Shown here piece by piece: positions 19,101-28,162 of a DNA stretch of 64,000 bases; the first letter of the stretch is position 1; every line of letters starts with the position of its first letter. This DNA is from Bacteroidota bacterium (GTDB lineage: Bacteria > Bacteroidota > Bacteroidia > Palsa-965): contig JADBYT010000019.1 in assembly GCA_020402865.1 (NCBI GenBank), forward strand, positions 68,622 to 132,621, read 5' to 3'. The notes under the pieces are model-generated. The model was not told where the DNA came from. It did not search any database and worked only from the letters and a program-made list of their open reading frames with translations. The translations under genes and the position numbers were made by a program.

Positions 19101-20711
19101 GGTAACCGCATATACACGGTCTTCGCCCGATTCGTAGAGCGTGGCGCAGGAGCCGGTGCTGGCATTGGTGTAGTCGTTGCCGTAGCACGCGGTGGTGTGC
19201 CCGGTAGCGGTGTAGGGAAGTGTAACGGTTGGTGCATTGCTGCACAGGGTGCCTGCCGCAGCGGCTGAAGGTGCTGAGATGCTGATGTCGTAAGGATTAC
19301 AAAACGGCGACGACTCAGAATCAACCACCACGTAATAGGTAACGCCCGATGTAACATTGAAGCACAAACTCTTGTTGCCGGTTGAACTTTGCGCATTGGC
19401 CACACAGGCTGCGGTGGAGGTAATGCAGGGCGGCACGTTTATCGGACAACCATCATACACCATTACGGCCGTGAATGAGCCTGATGATGTGAGATTGAGC
19501 GTGACCTGCCCGGTGGATGCAGCGGTGAAATAAAACACTTCATCTTCGCCGGTGTAGTAAAAACCGGAACCGCACACCGACGATACATTGGTGCTGAGAA
19601 TATTGTTGATTTTACCGCAGGTGGTACGGCCGGTAGAGGTGTAGGGCAGCGAAATACTCACGGCACCTGTACCCAAAGCCGCCACACAGTTGGTGGCAGG
19701 CGCAGAAATAGTGAGGTTGTTGTAGGCATAACACGACGAACCATCCAGCACAAGATAATAGGTAGTGCCGGAAGTTACACAGGTGGAAAGCGTGGCATCA
19801 CTGCCGCTGGTGGAGGCTACACAGTTGCTGCTGCTGCAAATGTTGGGGCATCCGTCGTACAGATACATACCGGCATCAAACGTAGAAGAGTTAAGACCAA
19901 TATTGATTAAACCGCTGACCGTTGGTGTAAATGCCCACACCTGATCTTCGCTGCTCATGTAAAACGAGTTACCGCAAACTACGGTATTGCTTCCATCCAC
20001 ATTGTTTACCGAACCGCAGGTGGTTCCGGCGCCCGAGGCATAGGGAAGCGAAGCCACGGTGGTAAAACCGGTGCCCATTAAACTGGCGCAACTAGCTGCC
20101 GTGGCGGATGATACAAGCGAGATATTATCTACAGCCGATGGCGGGTTTGTACCAATAGAACCATCGCAGTTGAAACTGAATACCAGACGCTGCGTAGTGC
20201 CGGCAATACCGGTGCAGGGCAGCGAAATGGAGGCGCTTTGCCAGGTGGCTTGTGAATTGTAGGTGGTGCCAAGCTGCCCGGTGGTGAGTTCGGTTCCTGC
20301 GGCGGGCGTGGTGGTGGTGGGCACCAGAAACACTTCCATATAATCGCAGCATGATTCGCCTACGCCGCGCCAGTTGAAACTCAGCGTGATGTTCGGCTGG
20401 CCTGCCGGAAAGGTAATGTCGCGGTAAAAGTGTTGTGTGCGCGCCTGATTTATGTTATACACATTGCCGGTGCCGCCGTTGTTTGAAATATAGGCCGATC
20501 GTGTGCCGCTGTTGGCTACTGCCGTGCCTACATACCATTTGTTTGCAGCACCGCCGCCGTTTTGAGCTTCCTGCCAGTTATTGGCCGCAAATGTATTTCC
20601 GCTTTCAAAGCCGCCGTCGCCGGCCGGATTAATGAGTGTGGTTTGTGCCTGAATACCGGTAAACGCTGCACATGCAATAATTGAACAGAGTAGTTTTTTT
20701 GTCATACGCAT
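16122..20711 (-). CDS. giant secreted multi-domain protein (N-terminal lectin/MAM-like domain, repeated beta-sandwich and beta-helix modules) with a T9SS type A C-terminal sorting domain
   Basis: About 1530 aa. The ORF opens with TTG at 20714, and the ATG/signal peptide MTKKLLCSIIACAAFTGIQAQ follows. The C-terminus (LHPNPTNGTLIFDFVSPQ...GVYLLKIEDRRSGFSYSAKLIHE) is Por-secretion-tail-like. It is a paralogue of 21250..25851. Confidence 0.85.
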   Translation of the reverse strand: MRMTKKLLCSIIACAAFTGIQAQTTLINPAGDGGFESGNTFAANNWQEAQNGGGAANKWYVGTAVANSGTRSAYISNNGGTGNVYNINQARTQHFYRDITFPAGQPNITLSFNWRGVGESCCDYMEVFLVPTTTTPAAGTELTTGQLGTTYNSQATWQSASISLPCTGIAGTTQRLVFSFNCDGSIGTNPPSAVDNISLVSSATAASCASLMGTGFTTVASLPYASGAGTTCGSVNNVDGSNTVVCGNSFYMSSEDQVWAFTPTVSGLINIGLNSSTFDAGMYLYDGCPNICSSSNCVASTSGSDATLSTCVTSGTTYYLVLDGSSCYAYNNLTISAPATNCVAALGTGAVSISLPYTSTGRTTCGKINNILSTNVSSVCGSGFYYTGEDEVFYFTAASTGQVTLNLTSSGSFTAVMVYDGCPINVPPCITSTAACVANAQSSTGNKSLCFNVTSGVTYYVVVDSESSPFCNPYDISISAPSAAAAGTLCSNAPTVTLPYTATGHTTACYGNDYTNASTGSCATLYESGEDRVYAVTLSGAACLGITLSNASTSNIGFQVYNGCPGNVGTTCVGSAGGSNPLSASVTVPAAGTYYIVVDTWASPSSATYDINIVNNGSGPANDLPCNAQSLPLNVNLSGDNTCSGSVSEPAAASCWTTGTINSVWYSVVCPASGQLRIRTGIGSLTNTQIALYSGTCASLTQVACNDDAPVCGTSSYSNSEITATGLTAGATYFIRVDGANSLTGTFDIMAVNGAVGFPAAVGQDCSAPNPVCNATIAIGNPGYQAYGNICDFTGASICLASGERGSAWYSIPINANGTLTFDIVPNDWPGAPSTAATDYDFAVWKIAGAGATNCAGIAAGAVPIRCNYSGLGVTGLNSTVTNTAPAAYPGFNFAYEQQLAVNNGDVYLLCVSNFSNSTSGFTLNFSATSPINYTAAGNSVTWTGGTNSAWVPTGNWGGCNSPTCGIDAVISPSSVTQPILTAGTYNVKNLTINPGATLTLQAGATLNICGDFTNFGSLVCSPLSTIVFNNGSVVQNITGSFVGADKVGNLTITKTGGQVILNAAIDIGGNFTTTNNTSVFNTTGNYVRVAGNFTNSNGSSTYTNTGTTGTLEFNGTAAQTYNQGTSTLTLNNVLMNHTGTGVTLATNMVLGTSGTLTLTNGRIVTAANEVQVTNTASAACTAGNTNSFVAGNLRRWLSGAAVAYNLPVGTVLQGYQRAQITFTTTTTIPQLIARFDPWAVLPNGPAASECPNATYNALQALNNGYWTINASANATSGNYDVTLFSTSYSNTAGASGWTVMKAANIASAWGLQGTCVATSTAAQTSRTGLNGFSVFAVAQSQTPLPVELISFTGTSENEHNVLRWTTATEQNNDYFVLERSTDGQFFQPIATIDGAGNSTQPLHYVQVDAFPKQGENYYRLKQVDFNGTYTYSPVVLINYQPGSVFVDNLHPNPTNGTLIFDFVSPQSNTISITVTDLAGRVVHQEMRETDAGRMQINTQLTGCAAGVYLLKIEDRRSGFSYSAKLIHE

Positions 20712-20714
20712 CAA

Positions 20715-21095
20715 TTATTGTGGTGAATTGGTTGATTCGTTGCCTGTACGCATGCCGCACAGCTCGCGCACCTGTGCAATGGTGCATGATTCCTTTACAT
20801 GATACTCAAGCTGGAAACGGTGCATGAGCTGGTCGAGAAACAGATTGTCGGGCTGTTGGGTGCGGTTAATAAGCAGCAGAAACATTTTGCGTTCTTCGCA
20901 ATAGCCGTTTACAAACACACCAGGACTTGATGCCAGCGCTGTTTGCACCTGCAACTGATTTTTTTCATTCACCCGTGGCGTTTCAACCACCAGTTCGCTT
21001 AACGCCGGTGGTGTGGCCGAAAGGGAAAACAAACTAATACATACAATACAAAATCCGGCCAGTGCAGCCGGCGAAAAGCAGGAGATGATTTTCAT
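20715..21095 (-). CDS. small secreted hypothetical protein, partner of the downstream giant cargo gene
   Basis: 126 aa with a signal peptide. Its stop TAA at 20715-17 lies 3-9 nt from the cargo start. A paralogue at 25861..26241 shares the C-terminal motif KESCTIAQVR.(L/M)CGM. Confidence 0.7.
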   Translation of the reverse strand: MKIISCFSPAALAGFCIVCISLFSLSATPPALSELVVETPRVNEKNQLQVQTALASSPGVFVNGYCEERKMFLLLINRTQQPDNLFLDQLMHRFQLEYHVKESCTIAQVRELCGMRTGNESTNSPQ

Positions 21096-21120
21096 ACGTG
21101 CTGGTTAATGTTTCCGTAAT

Positions 21121-21142
21121 TTCTATTAAATATTTAATAGAA
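21121..21142. promoter_or_regulatory. 22-bp perfect palindrome ttctattaaatatttaatagaa upstream of the small-protein/cargo module
   Basis: Perfect inverted repeat 26-47 nt upstream of the ATG at 21095 (minus strand), within an AT-rich promoter region. Confidence 0.3.
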
Positions 21143-21249
21143 TTAATTCTGATCTAACCAGCCAAAATCAGTTACGTTATGAATGCGTTTATTTGTCCGA
21201 CAAAGACCGATTATTCTTCGCCGGATGAAAAATGAAGTAAACGCGGAAA

Positions 21250-24200
21250 TTATTCGTGTACGATACGTGCGGTGAACGTATATCCTTTCCGTTGATCGGT
21301 TACACGCAGCAGGTACACGCCGGCACCACATCCGTTCAGGGCGGTGGAAACGAGTGTACGCCCGCTCTCAATGTCCTTGTGTTCGTTAAGCACAATACGC
21401 CCTGAAAGATCAGTAGCAGTAATGTGCAGCGTGGTCGATTCGGGCGACACAAAGTCGAACTGTATTGCTCCCGTAGTGGGGTTTGGATGCAGGTTATCCA
21501 GATACACACTTCCCGGATAATAATACACCAGCTCAACAGGTGCGTAGGCATAAGCTCCGTTGAAATCGGTTTGTTTGAGGCGGTAGTAGTTTTCGCCAAT
21601 GGCCGGGTAATTGTCAACAAACAAATAGTTGAGCAATTGTGTGCTGTTGCCCGCTCCGTCCACACGGCCTATTTCCACGAAGTTTACACCATCTGTTGAA
21701 CGTTCAATGGTGAAATAGTCGTTACCTTCTTCCGAAGCGGTGGCCCAGCGCAGTACGTTGTGATCGCCTTCATTCACACCACGGAAATACAGAAGTTCAA
21801 TCGGCAGCGGTGTATTGGTTTGTGCTACGGAGAACACTGAAAATCCGTTCAGTCCTGTACGCGAGGTTTGCGAAGCCGTACTTGTGGTTACACATGAGCC
21901 CTGCAAAGCCCAGGGGCCAGCCACCACAGCTGATTTCATTACCGTCCAGCCGGCAGCGCCTGCCGAATTGCTGAATCCGGTGCTGTACAACGTAACATTG
22001 TATGTACCCGATGTGGGTGTGGCCGATGCATTGATGGTCCAGTAACCATTGTTCAGCGCAGGCAGTACATTGTAGTTTGCAATCAAACACTCGCTTGATA
22101 CCGGGCCGTTGGGCACAACGGTCCACGGATCAAAACGTGCCACAAGCTGGGGAATGGTTGTAGCCGTGGTGAACGTAATATTTGCAAGCTGATAGCCCTG
22201 TGTGATATGCCCCACCGGCAAATCGTATGAACCTGCTGCGCCTGAAAGCGTGCGGCGCAAATTGCCGGCCACGTAGCTGCCTGCATTACCTGCTGTGCAG
22301 GCGGTGGTTGCGCCGTTGGTTACCTGTACTTCCCGCACACCGGTAATAATGCGGCCGTTGGTAAGCGTAAGCGTGCCCGATGTACCGAGCACCATATTGG
22401 TGGAAAGTGTTACACCGGCACCGGTATTATCCATTACCACATTGTTTAATGTAAGTGTGGATGAACCTTGATTATACGTTTGCGAAGCGGTACCGATAAA
22501 TTCAAGAATGCCGGTTGTACCTGTGTTGGTAAAGGTTGTGCTGCCGTTGTTGTTGCTGAAATTACCCGCCAGCTTAATGTGTTGTCCGGTTGTATTAAAC
22601 ACACTTGTAGCGTTTGAGGTGGTAAAGTTGCCGCCAATATCAATAGCCGCATTCAGAATTACCGAACCTCCCGTTTTATTAATGGTGAGGTTGCCCACTT
22701 TGTTAGTGCCCACCAGCGATCCTGAAATATTCTGTACAACTGATCCATTATTGAAAATGATGGTTGAATTGGGATGCGCATTCAGCGTGCCGTTGTTTAT
22801 AAAGTTGCCGCAGATATTGAGTGTCGCACCCGAATTGAGCGTAAGCGTAGCGCCTGCATTAATGGTCAGATCGCGCACATTGTATGTACCGGCCGGAAGC
22901 ACAGGCTGCACTGCTGCAGAAGGAGTAATCACCGCATCCACGCCGCAGTTTGGCGCTGCACAACCACCCCAGTTGGCGGTGGGTGCCCAGGCTGTAGTGT
23001 TGTTGCCGCCTGTCCAGGTTACCGAGGTAGGCACCGTATAGTTTACCGGCGATCCGGCACTGATATACAGTGTAAAACCGGATGTGGAGTTGGTGTAGTT
23101 ACTGATTACAAGCAAATACACATCGCCGGCAACCACGGTAATATTGGGGTGGTAGGAAGCATTAAAACCGGGATAGGAGGGTGGCGAATTACCGGTTCCA
23201 AAGCATCCGGTAACGCCCAGCGGATCAAAATCACAGGCTACGGGCAGTACTCCGGCGGCAATACCGGCACAGTTGGTGGCGCCTGCGCCCGCTACTTTCC
23301 ACATGGCAAAGTCATAGTCGGTTGATGCCGTGCTGGGCGCTCCCAGCCAGTCGTTGGGTACAATGTCAAACTCCAGTACACCGGCTGCATTAATCGGAAT
23401 GGTGTACCAAACAGATCCTCGTTCGCCATCGGCCAGACAAATACCGGCGCCTGAAAAATCGCAGGTATTGCCGTAGGCCTGATAACCGGGGTTACCAATC
23501 GGAATAACTGATGCACACACCGGGTTAGGCAACGAACAGTCTGAACCCGCCGCAGCCGGGAAACCTACCGCACCGTCCACCGCCATAATGTTAAACGTAC
23601 CGGTAAGGTTATTTAAGCCATCTACAGCAATGTAGTAGGTAGCGCCGGCTGTAAGTCCCAGTGCCGTAATTTCAGAATTGGTGTAGGATGAAGCACCGCA
23701 GGAAGGAGCATCGTCGTTGCAGGCAATTTCGGTAAGCGAGCCACAGGTGCCGCTGTAAAGTGCAATTTGTGTATTGAGAAGCGTGCCATTGGTGGTTCGT
23801 ATGCGTAACTGCCCCGACGCAGGCGCTACTACTGAATACCAAACCGTATTAATGCTGCCGTTTGTCCAGCATCCCGGTGCAGCCGGCTCAGATGCAGAGC
23901 CCGAACAGGTGTTGTCGCCCGCAAGGTTTACATTCAGCGCAAGCACATCGGCACTGCAGGGGAGGTCATTTACAGGCCCTGTTCCGTAATCGGTAATGGA
24001 TAAGTTATATGTGGCATTGCTCGGAGCGGCCCAGGTATCAATGCTGATGTAATAGGTGCCGGCCGCAGGCAGCGTAAATGCACCGTTGAATGTGGTGGCC
24101 GCTCCATAACCACCCAAACAGGTTGTGCCTGCCACACCCGGACAGCCATTGTACACAAATGCGGCAATGTTGGCTGTGCTGGCATTGGTTACTTCCACAC

Positions 24201-25851
24201 CAATACAGGTTGAGCCGGTTACGGTAAGCGCATAAATCCGGTCTTCGCCCGATTCATACACCGAATTGCAGGAACCCGTGCTGGCCGAGGTATAATCGTT
24301 GCCATAGCAGGCGGTAGTGTGGTTGGTAGCTGTATAGGGCAATGTAATTGCAGGCGCATTTGAACATACCGAACCGGCCAGCGTGGCCTGCGGTGCACTG
24401 ATGCTGATGTCGTAATTGTTGCAAAGCGGCGGAAAGTCTGAGTCAACCACCACAAAATACGTGGTGCCGGCCACCGCATTGATGCAAAGTCCTTTGTTGC
24501 CCGATGAGTTTTGCTGAAACGCCACACAGGTTGCTGTAGAAGTAATACAGCCGCCGGGAAGATTAATCGGGCAGTTATCATAGACCATTACACTGGTATA
24601 TGAACCGGTTGAAGTGATTGAAATCTGAACAATTCCTGAAGAAGGGGCGGTGAAATAAAACACTTCATCTTCGCCATCGTAAGAAGCTGCCGAACCACAA
24701 ACGGATGAGACGTTGTTGGCGCGTATATCATTCATTCTTCCGCAGGTGGTGCGGCCAGTAGAAGTATAGGGAAGTGCGCCCACGTTTATCACCCCAGTGC
24801 CAAGTGCTGTAATACAGCTTGAATAGGGGGCCGAAATGGTGAGGTTTGAATAGGCAAAACAGCCCGGACTACTCGTACCGTCGAGCACAAGCCAGTATTC
24901 AGTACCTGCAGTTACGCAGGCATTCAGCGATAAGCCTCCGCCAAACGTGGAGGCCACGCAGGTTCCGGAAACGCAGCTGGTGCCCACCGCGCAGCCCGTA
25001 TAAAGCGAAAGACTGCCGCCTGATGTGTTGGCGTTGAGATTAATGTTTATTGCCCCGCTTGTTAAAGGCACAAAACGCCATACCTGATCTTCGCCGGCCG
25101 AGTAGGTTGTACCGGCGCAGGTTGCGGAAGTAGTTGTTGCGTTTATCTGATCGCCGGCGCCGCAGGTAGTGCCGGCTCCTGAACTGTAAGGAAGTGTGGC
25201 CACATTGGTAAAGGCACCAATTATTGTATTACACACCGGCGGCACAGAAGATACCACCGAAATATTGTCCACCGCAGGCGGAGGCTGTGTGCCGGTACTG
25301 GTGTTGCAGCGGAAGCTGAAAATAAGGCGTTGGGTGGTTCCTGCAATGTTACAGGGCAATGTGGCGGTAAAGGTTTGCCAGGCAGGCTGGTTGCTGAGTG
25401 TAGCACCAATCTGATAAATTGTATTCATTTGAGTGCCAACTACCGGCGTAACTGAGGTAGGCGCCAAAAATACACGCAGATAATCCTGTCCTGACTGCCC
25501 TTCGCCTTTCCAGTTGAAGGTGAGCGTCACGTTGCTTTCGCCGGCGGGTATGGTAATATCGCGGTAGAAATGCTGTACACGGCCATCGGTAACCGTGTAG
25601 GCATTAGCCACGCCATTGTTGTTTGAGATATAACAGGAACGTGTGCCACTATTGAATGTGGCATTGCCCACAAACCAGCGGTTGTGTGTACCACCGGTTG
25701 ATTGTACAACCGTCCAGTTATTTAAGGCAAGTGTGGGACCTGATTCAAATCCACCGTCGCCGGCGGGGTTCACAATTGTGGTTTGTGTTTTTGCAATGAA
25801 GGGGACAAAAAGCAAAAACAGCAGGAAAGGAATGGCGTAGTTCTTTTTCAT
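21250..25851 (-). CDS. giant secreted multi-domain protein with T9SS type A CTD (paralogue of 16122..20711)
   Basis: 1533 aa with signal peptide MKKNYAIPFLLFLLFVPFIAKTQ. It shares with the 16-20 kb gene the same N-terminal block (NPAGDGGFESG...HFYRDIT.PAG...AVDNIS.VSS), internal repeats and C-terminal tail (...GVYLLRVTDQRKGYTFTARIVHE). Confidence 0.85.
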   Translation of the reverse strand: MKKNYAIPFLLFLLFVPFIAKTQTTIVNPAGDGGFESGPTLALNNWTVVQSTGGTHNRWFVGNATFNSGTRSCYISNNNGVANAYTVTDGRVQHFYRDITIPAGESNVTLTFNWKGEGQSGQDYLRVFLAPTSVTPVVGTQMNTIYQIGATLSNQPAWQTFTATLPCNIAGTTQRLIFSFRCNTSTGTQPPPAVDNISVVSSVPPVCNTIIGAFTNVATLPYSSGAGTTCGAGDQINATTTSATCAGTTYSAGEDQVWRFVPLTSGAININLNANTSGGSLSLYTGCAVGTSCVSGTCVASTFGGGLSLNACVTAGTEYWLVLDGTSSPGCFAYSNLTISAPYSSCITALGTGVINVGALPYTSTGRTTCGRMNDIRANNVSSVCGSAASYDGEDEVFYFTAPSSGIVQISITSTGSYTSVMVYDNCPINLPGGCITSTATCVAFQQNSSGNKGLCINAVAGTTYFVVVDSDFPPLCNNYDISISAPQATLAGSVCSNAPAITLPYTATNHTTACYGNDYTSASTGSCNSVYESGEDRIYALTVTGSTCIGVEVTNASTANIAAFVYNGCPGVAGTTCLGGYGAATTFNGAFTLPAAGTYYISIDTWAAPSNATYNLSITDYGTGPVNDLPCSADVLALNVNLAGDNTCSGSASEPAAPGCWTNGSINTVWYSVVAPASGQLRIRTTNGTLLNTQIALYSGTCGSLTEIACNDDAPSCGASSYTNSEITALGLTAGATYYIAVDGLNNLTGTFNIMAVDGAVGFPAAAGSDCSLPNPVCASVIPIGNPGYQAYGNTCDFSGAGICLADGERGSVWYTIPINAAGVLEFDIVPNDWLGAPSTASTDYDFAMWKVAGAGATNCAGIAAGVLPVACDFDPLGVTGCFGTGNSPPSYPGFNASYHPNITVVAGDVYLLVISNYTNSTSGFTLYISAGSPVNYTVPTSVTWTGGNNTTAWAPTANWGGCAAPNCGVDAVITPSAAVQPVLPAGTYNVRDLTINAGATLTLNSGATLNICGNFINNGTLNAHPNSTIIFNNGSVVQNISGSLVGTNKVGNLTINKTGGSVILNAAIDIGGNFTTSNATSVFNTTGQHIKLAGNFSNNNGSTTFTNTGTTGILEFIGTASQTYNQGSSTLTLNNVVMDNTGAGVTLSTNMVLGTSGTLTLTNGRIITGVREVQVTNGATTACTAGNAGSYVAGNLRRTLSGAAGSYDLPVGHITQGYQLANITFTTATTIPQLVARFDPWTVVPNGPVSSECLIANYNVLPALNNGYWTINASATPTSGTYNVTLYSTGFSNSAGAAGWTVMKSAVVAGPWALQGSCVTTSTASQTSRTGLNGFSVFSVAQTNTPLPIELLYFRGVNEGDHNVLRWATASEEGNDYFTIERSTDGVNFVEIGRVDGAGNSTQLLNYLFVDNYPAIGENYYRLKQTDFNGAYAYAPVELVYYYPGSVYLDNLHPNPTTGAIQFDFVSPESTTLHITATDLSGRIVLNEHKDIESGRTLVSTALNGCGAGVYLLRVTDQRKGYTFTARIVHE

Positions 25852-25860
25852 GCCGTTTTG

Positions 25861-26241
25861 TTATTGAGGATTTTGAGCCGGATCAGTGCCTTCGGCAGGC
25901 ATGCCGCACATGGTTCTCACCTGGGCTATTGTACAGCTTTCTTTTATATAGTAGGAAAACTGATAGTGATCGTGAAAAACGGTTTCCAGAAAGCTGTTAC
26001 CCGGTTGCAGGGCACGATCAACCCGGATCAGGTAAATCTGAAGATCTTCACAATATCCGTTCACATACACGCCCGGAATAGCGGTAAGACGTGTCCGGAT
26101 ATCCGTTACGTTTTTATTTGTGGTTGAAGGCACCTGCACGATTACTTCTTCCAAAACCACAGGAGGAGCAGGTACAAAGGCAAACAGCATTGTTACACTA
26201 AGTAACAATGCCCAAACGGGGGCACGCAGGGCTAATTTCAT
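25861..26241 (-). CDS. small secreted hypothetical protein, partner of 21250..25851
   Basis: 126 aa with a signal peptide. Its stop lies 9 nt before the cargo ATG. It is a paralogue of 20715..21095 with three conserved Cys. Confidence 0.7.
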   Translation of the reverse strand: MKLALRAPVWALLLSVTMLFAFVPAPPVVLEEVIVQVPSTTNKNVTDIRTRLTAIPGVYVNGYCEDLQIYLIRVDRALQPGNSFLETVFHDHYQFSYYIKESCTIAQVRTMCGMPAEGTDPAQNPQ

Positions 26242-26356
26242 GGGTCGATTCAGCTATCAGGGGACTTTTACGAAAGGCTGAGCAGTAAGTTATAATTTTT
26301 TCCTGATAAATATTAAAAATAATATCAAAATCAGGGTTTTGCATGAGTACAAGTGT

Positions 26357-26399
26357 ACAAAAAAGCCATTACCCGGTATCGGGTAATGGCTTTATATTT
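26357..26399 (-). terminator. intrinsic terminator downstream of pckA
   Basis: Hairpin gccattacccg-gtat-cgggtaatggc flanked by an A-run (plus strand), which is a T-run on the minus strand. It lies about 25 nt after the pckA stop. Confidence 0.5.
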
Positions 26400-26418
26400 G
26401 ATGTTGTACTGTTGAATG

Positions 26419-28038
26419 TTAGGCATTTACGGCAGCCACGAGGGGGGCTGCACTCAGTACATCGCTTGAAACGCCTGAAGCATACTGCTCGAAATTCTTG
26501 ACGAATTTGGCGGCCAGATCAGATGCCTGCGCATCGAAAGCAGCCTTATCGGTCCAGGTATTGCGGGGCTCAAGAATTTCGGAGGGAACGCCGGGGCATG
26601 CTTTGGGGAAACGGAGTTTGAAGAAGGGAGTTTCGCCAAATTCAACGCCGTCGAGTTTTCCTTCGAGGGCTGCGGTGATGAGTGCGCGGGTGTAGGCCAG
26701 TTTAATGCGGCTTCCGGTTCCGTAAGCGCCACCTGTCCAGCCGGTGTTTACCAGCCACACGTTTACATCCGGGTTTGCGTTGAGTTTTTTGCCCAGGAGT
26801 TCGGCGTATTTGCCGGGGTGCAGGGGCAAAAATGCCTTCCCAAAGCAGGCCGAGAAGGTGGTTTGCGGTTCGGTAATTCCCATTTCGGTGCCGGCTACCT
26901 TTGCGGTATAGCCCGAAATGAAGTGGTACATGGCCTGCTCGGTGGTGAGTTTTGAAATGGGAGGCAGTACGCCAAACGCATCGGCAGTGAGGAAGAAAAT
27001 ATTCTTCGGAGCCGCACCCATTGAGGGTTCTTTGGCATTGTCGATGTGGTGAATCGGATAAGCTACGCGGGTATTCTCCGTTTTGGAGGTGTTCGTGTAG
27101 TCAACCGAGCGGGTGCCTTCGTGGAATTCGATATTTTCAACCAGCGCGCCAAATTTGATGGCGTTCCAGATTTCCGGCTCTTTTTCTTTGGTCAGGTCGA
27201 TGCATTTTGCGTAGCATCCGCCTTCAAAGTTAAACACGCTGTTTTCAGCCCAGCCGTGCTCATCGTCGCCGATGAGTTTGCGTTTAGGATCGGCGCTGAG
27301 GGTGGTTTTGCCGGTGCCGGAAAGACCGAAGAAAATGGCGGTGTCGCCGTTTTCGCCTTCGTTGGCCGAGCAGTGCATGCTCAGTACACCGCGCTCATGG
27401 GGCAGGATGTAGTTGAGCAGTGTGAAAATGCCTTTTTTGATTTCGCCGGTGTAGCCGGTGCCGCCAATGAGAATAACCTTGCGGGTCATGTTCAGAATGG
27501 CGAAGTTGTGCTGGCGGGTACCGTCAATGGCCGGGTCGGCTTTGAAACCCGGTGCGCATACAATGTGCCAGTCGGGCGCAAAAGCCGCAATTTCTTCGGC
27601 AGTGGGGCGCAGGAAAAGGTTGTTGGCAAACAGGTTCGACCAGGGGAACTCAGTCACAACGCGGATGTTGAGGCGGTAGGCCGGATCGGCGCAGGCGTAA
27701 GCATCACGCACATACACTTCTTTCCCGGCCAGATAAGCGGCTACACGGTTGTAAAGTGCATCAAATTTACCGGCATCGAACTTAATGTTCACGTCACTCC
27801 ACCAAATCGAATCTTTGGTGATGTCGTCCAGCACAATAAACTTGTCTTTGGGAGAGCGGCCGGTAAACTCGCCGGTATCAATGGCAAGCGCACCGTTGTC
27901 AGTAAGTACTCCTTCGTCGCGAAGGAGGGTATCTTCCACCAGCTCGGCCGGGGTAAGATTCCAGTAAGCAGCTCCTACATTGCTCAAACCGATGTGGGCA
28001 AGTGAAGCAGTTTTGGCTTTGAAACCGAATTCGTTCAT
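26419..28038 (-). CDS. pckA: phosphoenolpyruvate carboxykinase (ATP)
   Basis: 539 aa. The N-terminal region (MNEFGFKAKTASLAHIGL...GALAIDTGEFTGRSPKDKFIV...) and the kinase-1a motif FFGLSGTGKTTLS are diagnostic. Confidence 0.95.
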   Translation of the reverse strand: MNEFGFKAKTASLAHIGLSNVGAAYWNLTPAELVEDTLLRDEGVLTDNGALAIDTGEFTGRSPKDKFIVLDDITKDSIWWSDVNIKFDAGKFDALYNRVAAYLAGKEVYVRDAYACADPAYRLNIRVVTEFPWSNLFANNLFLRPTAEEIAAFAPDWHIVCAPGFKADPAIDGTRQHNFAILNMTRKVILIGGTGYTGEIKKGIFTLLNYILPHERGVLSMHCSANEGENGDTAIFFGLSGTGKTTLSADPKRKLIGDDEHGWAENSVFNFEGGCYAKCIDLTKEKEPEIWNAIKFGALVENIEFHEGTRSVDYTNTSKTENTRVAYPIHHIDNAKEPSMGAAPKNIFFLTADAFGVLPPISKLTTEQAMYHFISGYTAKVAGTEMGITEPQTTFSACFGKAFLPLHPGKYAELLGKKLNANPDVNVWLVNTGWTGGAYGTGSRIKLAYTRALITAALEGKLDGVEFGETPFFKLRFPKACPGVPSEILEPRNTWTDKAAFDAQASDLAAKFVKNFEQYASGVSSDVLSAAPLVAAVNA

Positions 28039-28162
28039 TTGAACATTTTCTTTTTGCGGGTAATTGAAACCAGTATCGGCGTTACCCGCGGATGAAGAAA
28101 TAATGAAAAAATCGGCACAAAGGTAAGTATAACTCCTTTACCGGAGCCATTAACTTATAGCA

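Noticed and set aside
16098-20632. Many 60-300-aa ORFs on the plus strand, and in other frames, inside the 16-26 kb and 39-47 kb cargo genes (e.g. 16740..17660, 17778..18533, 22508..23325, 43590..44432)
   Set aside because: They lie antisense or out of frame within long, well-supported GC-rich CDSs and have Ala/Gly/Arg/Val-rich, low-complexity translations typical of spurious ORFs in high-GC DNA.
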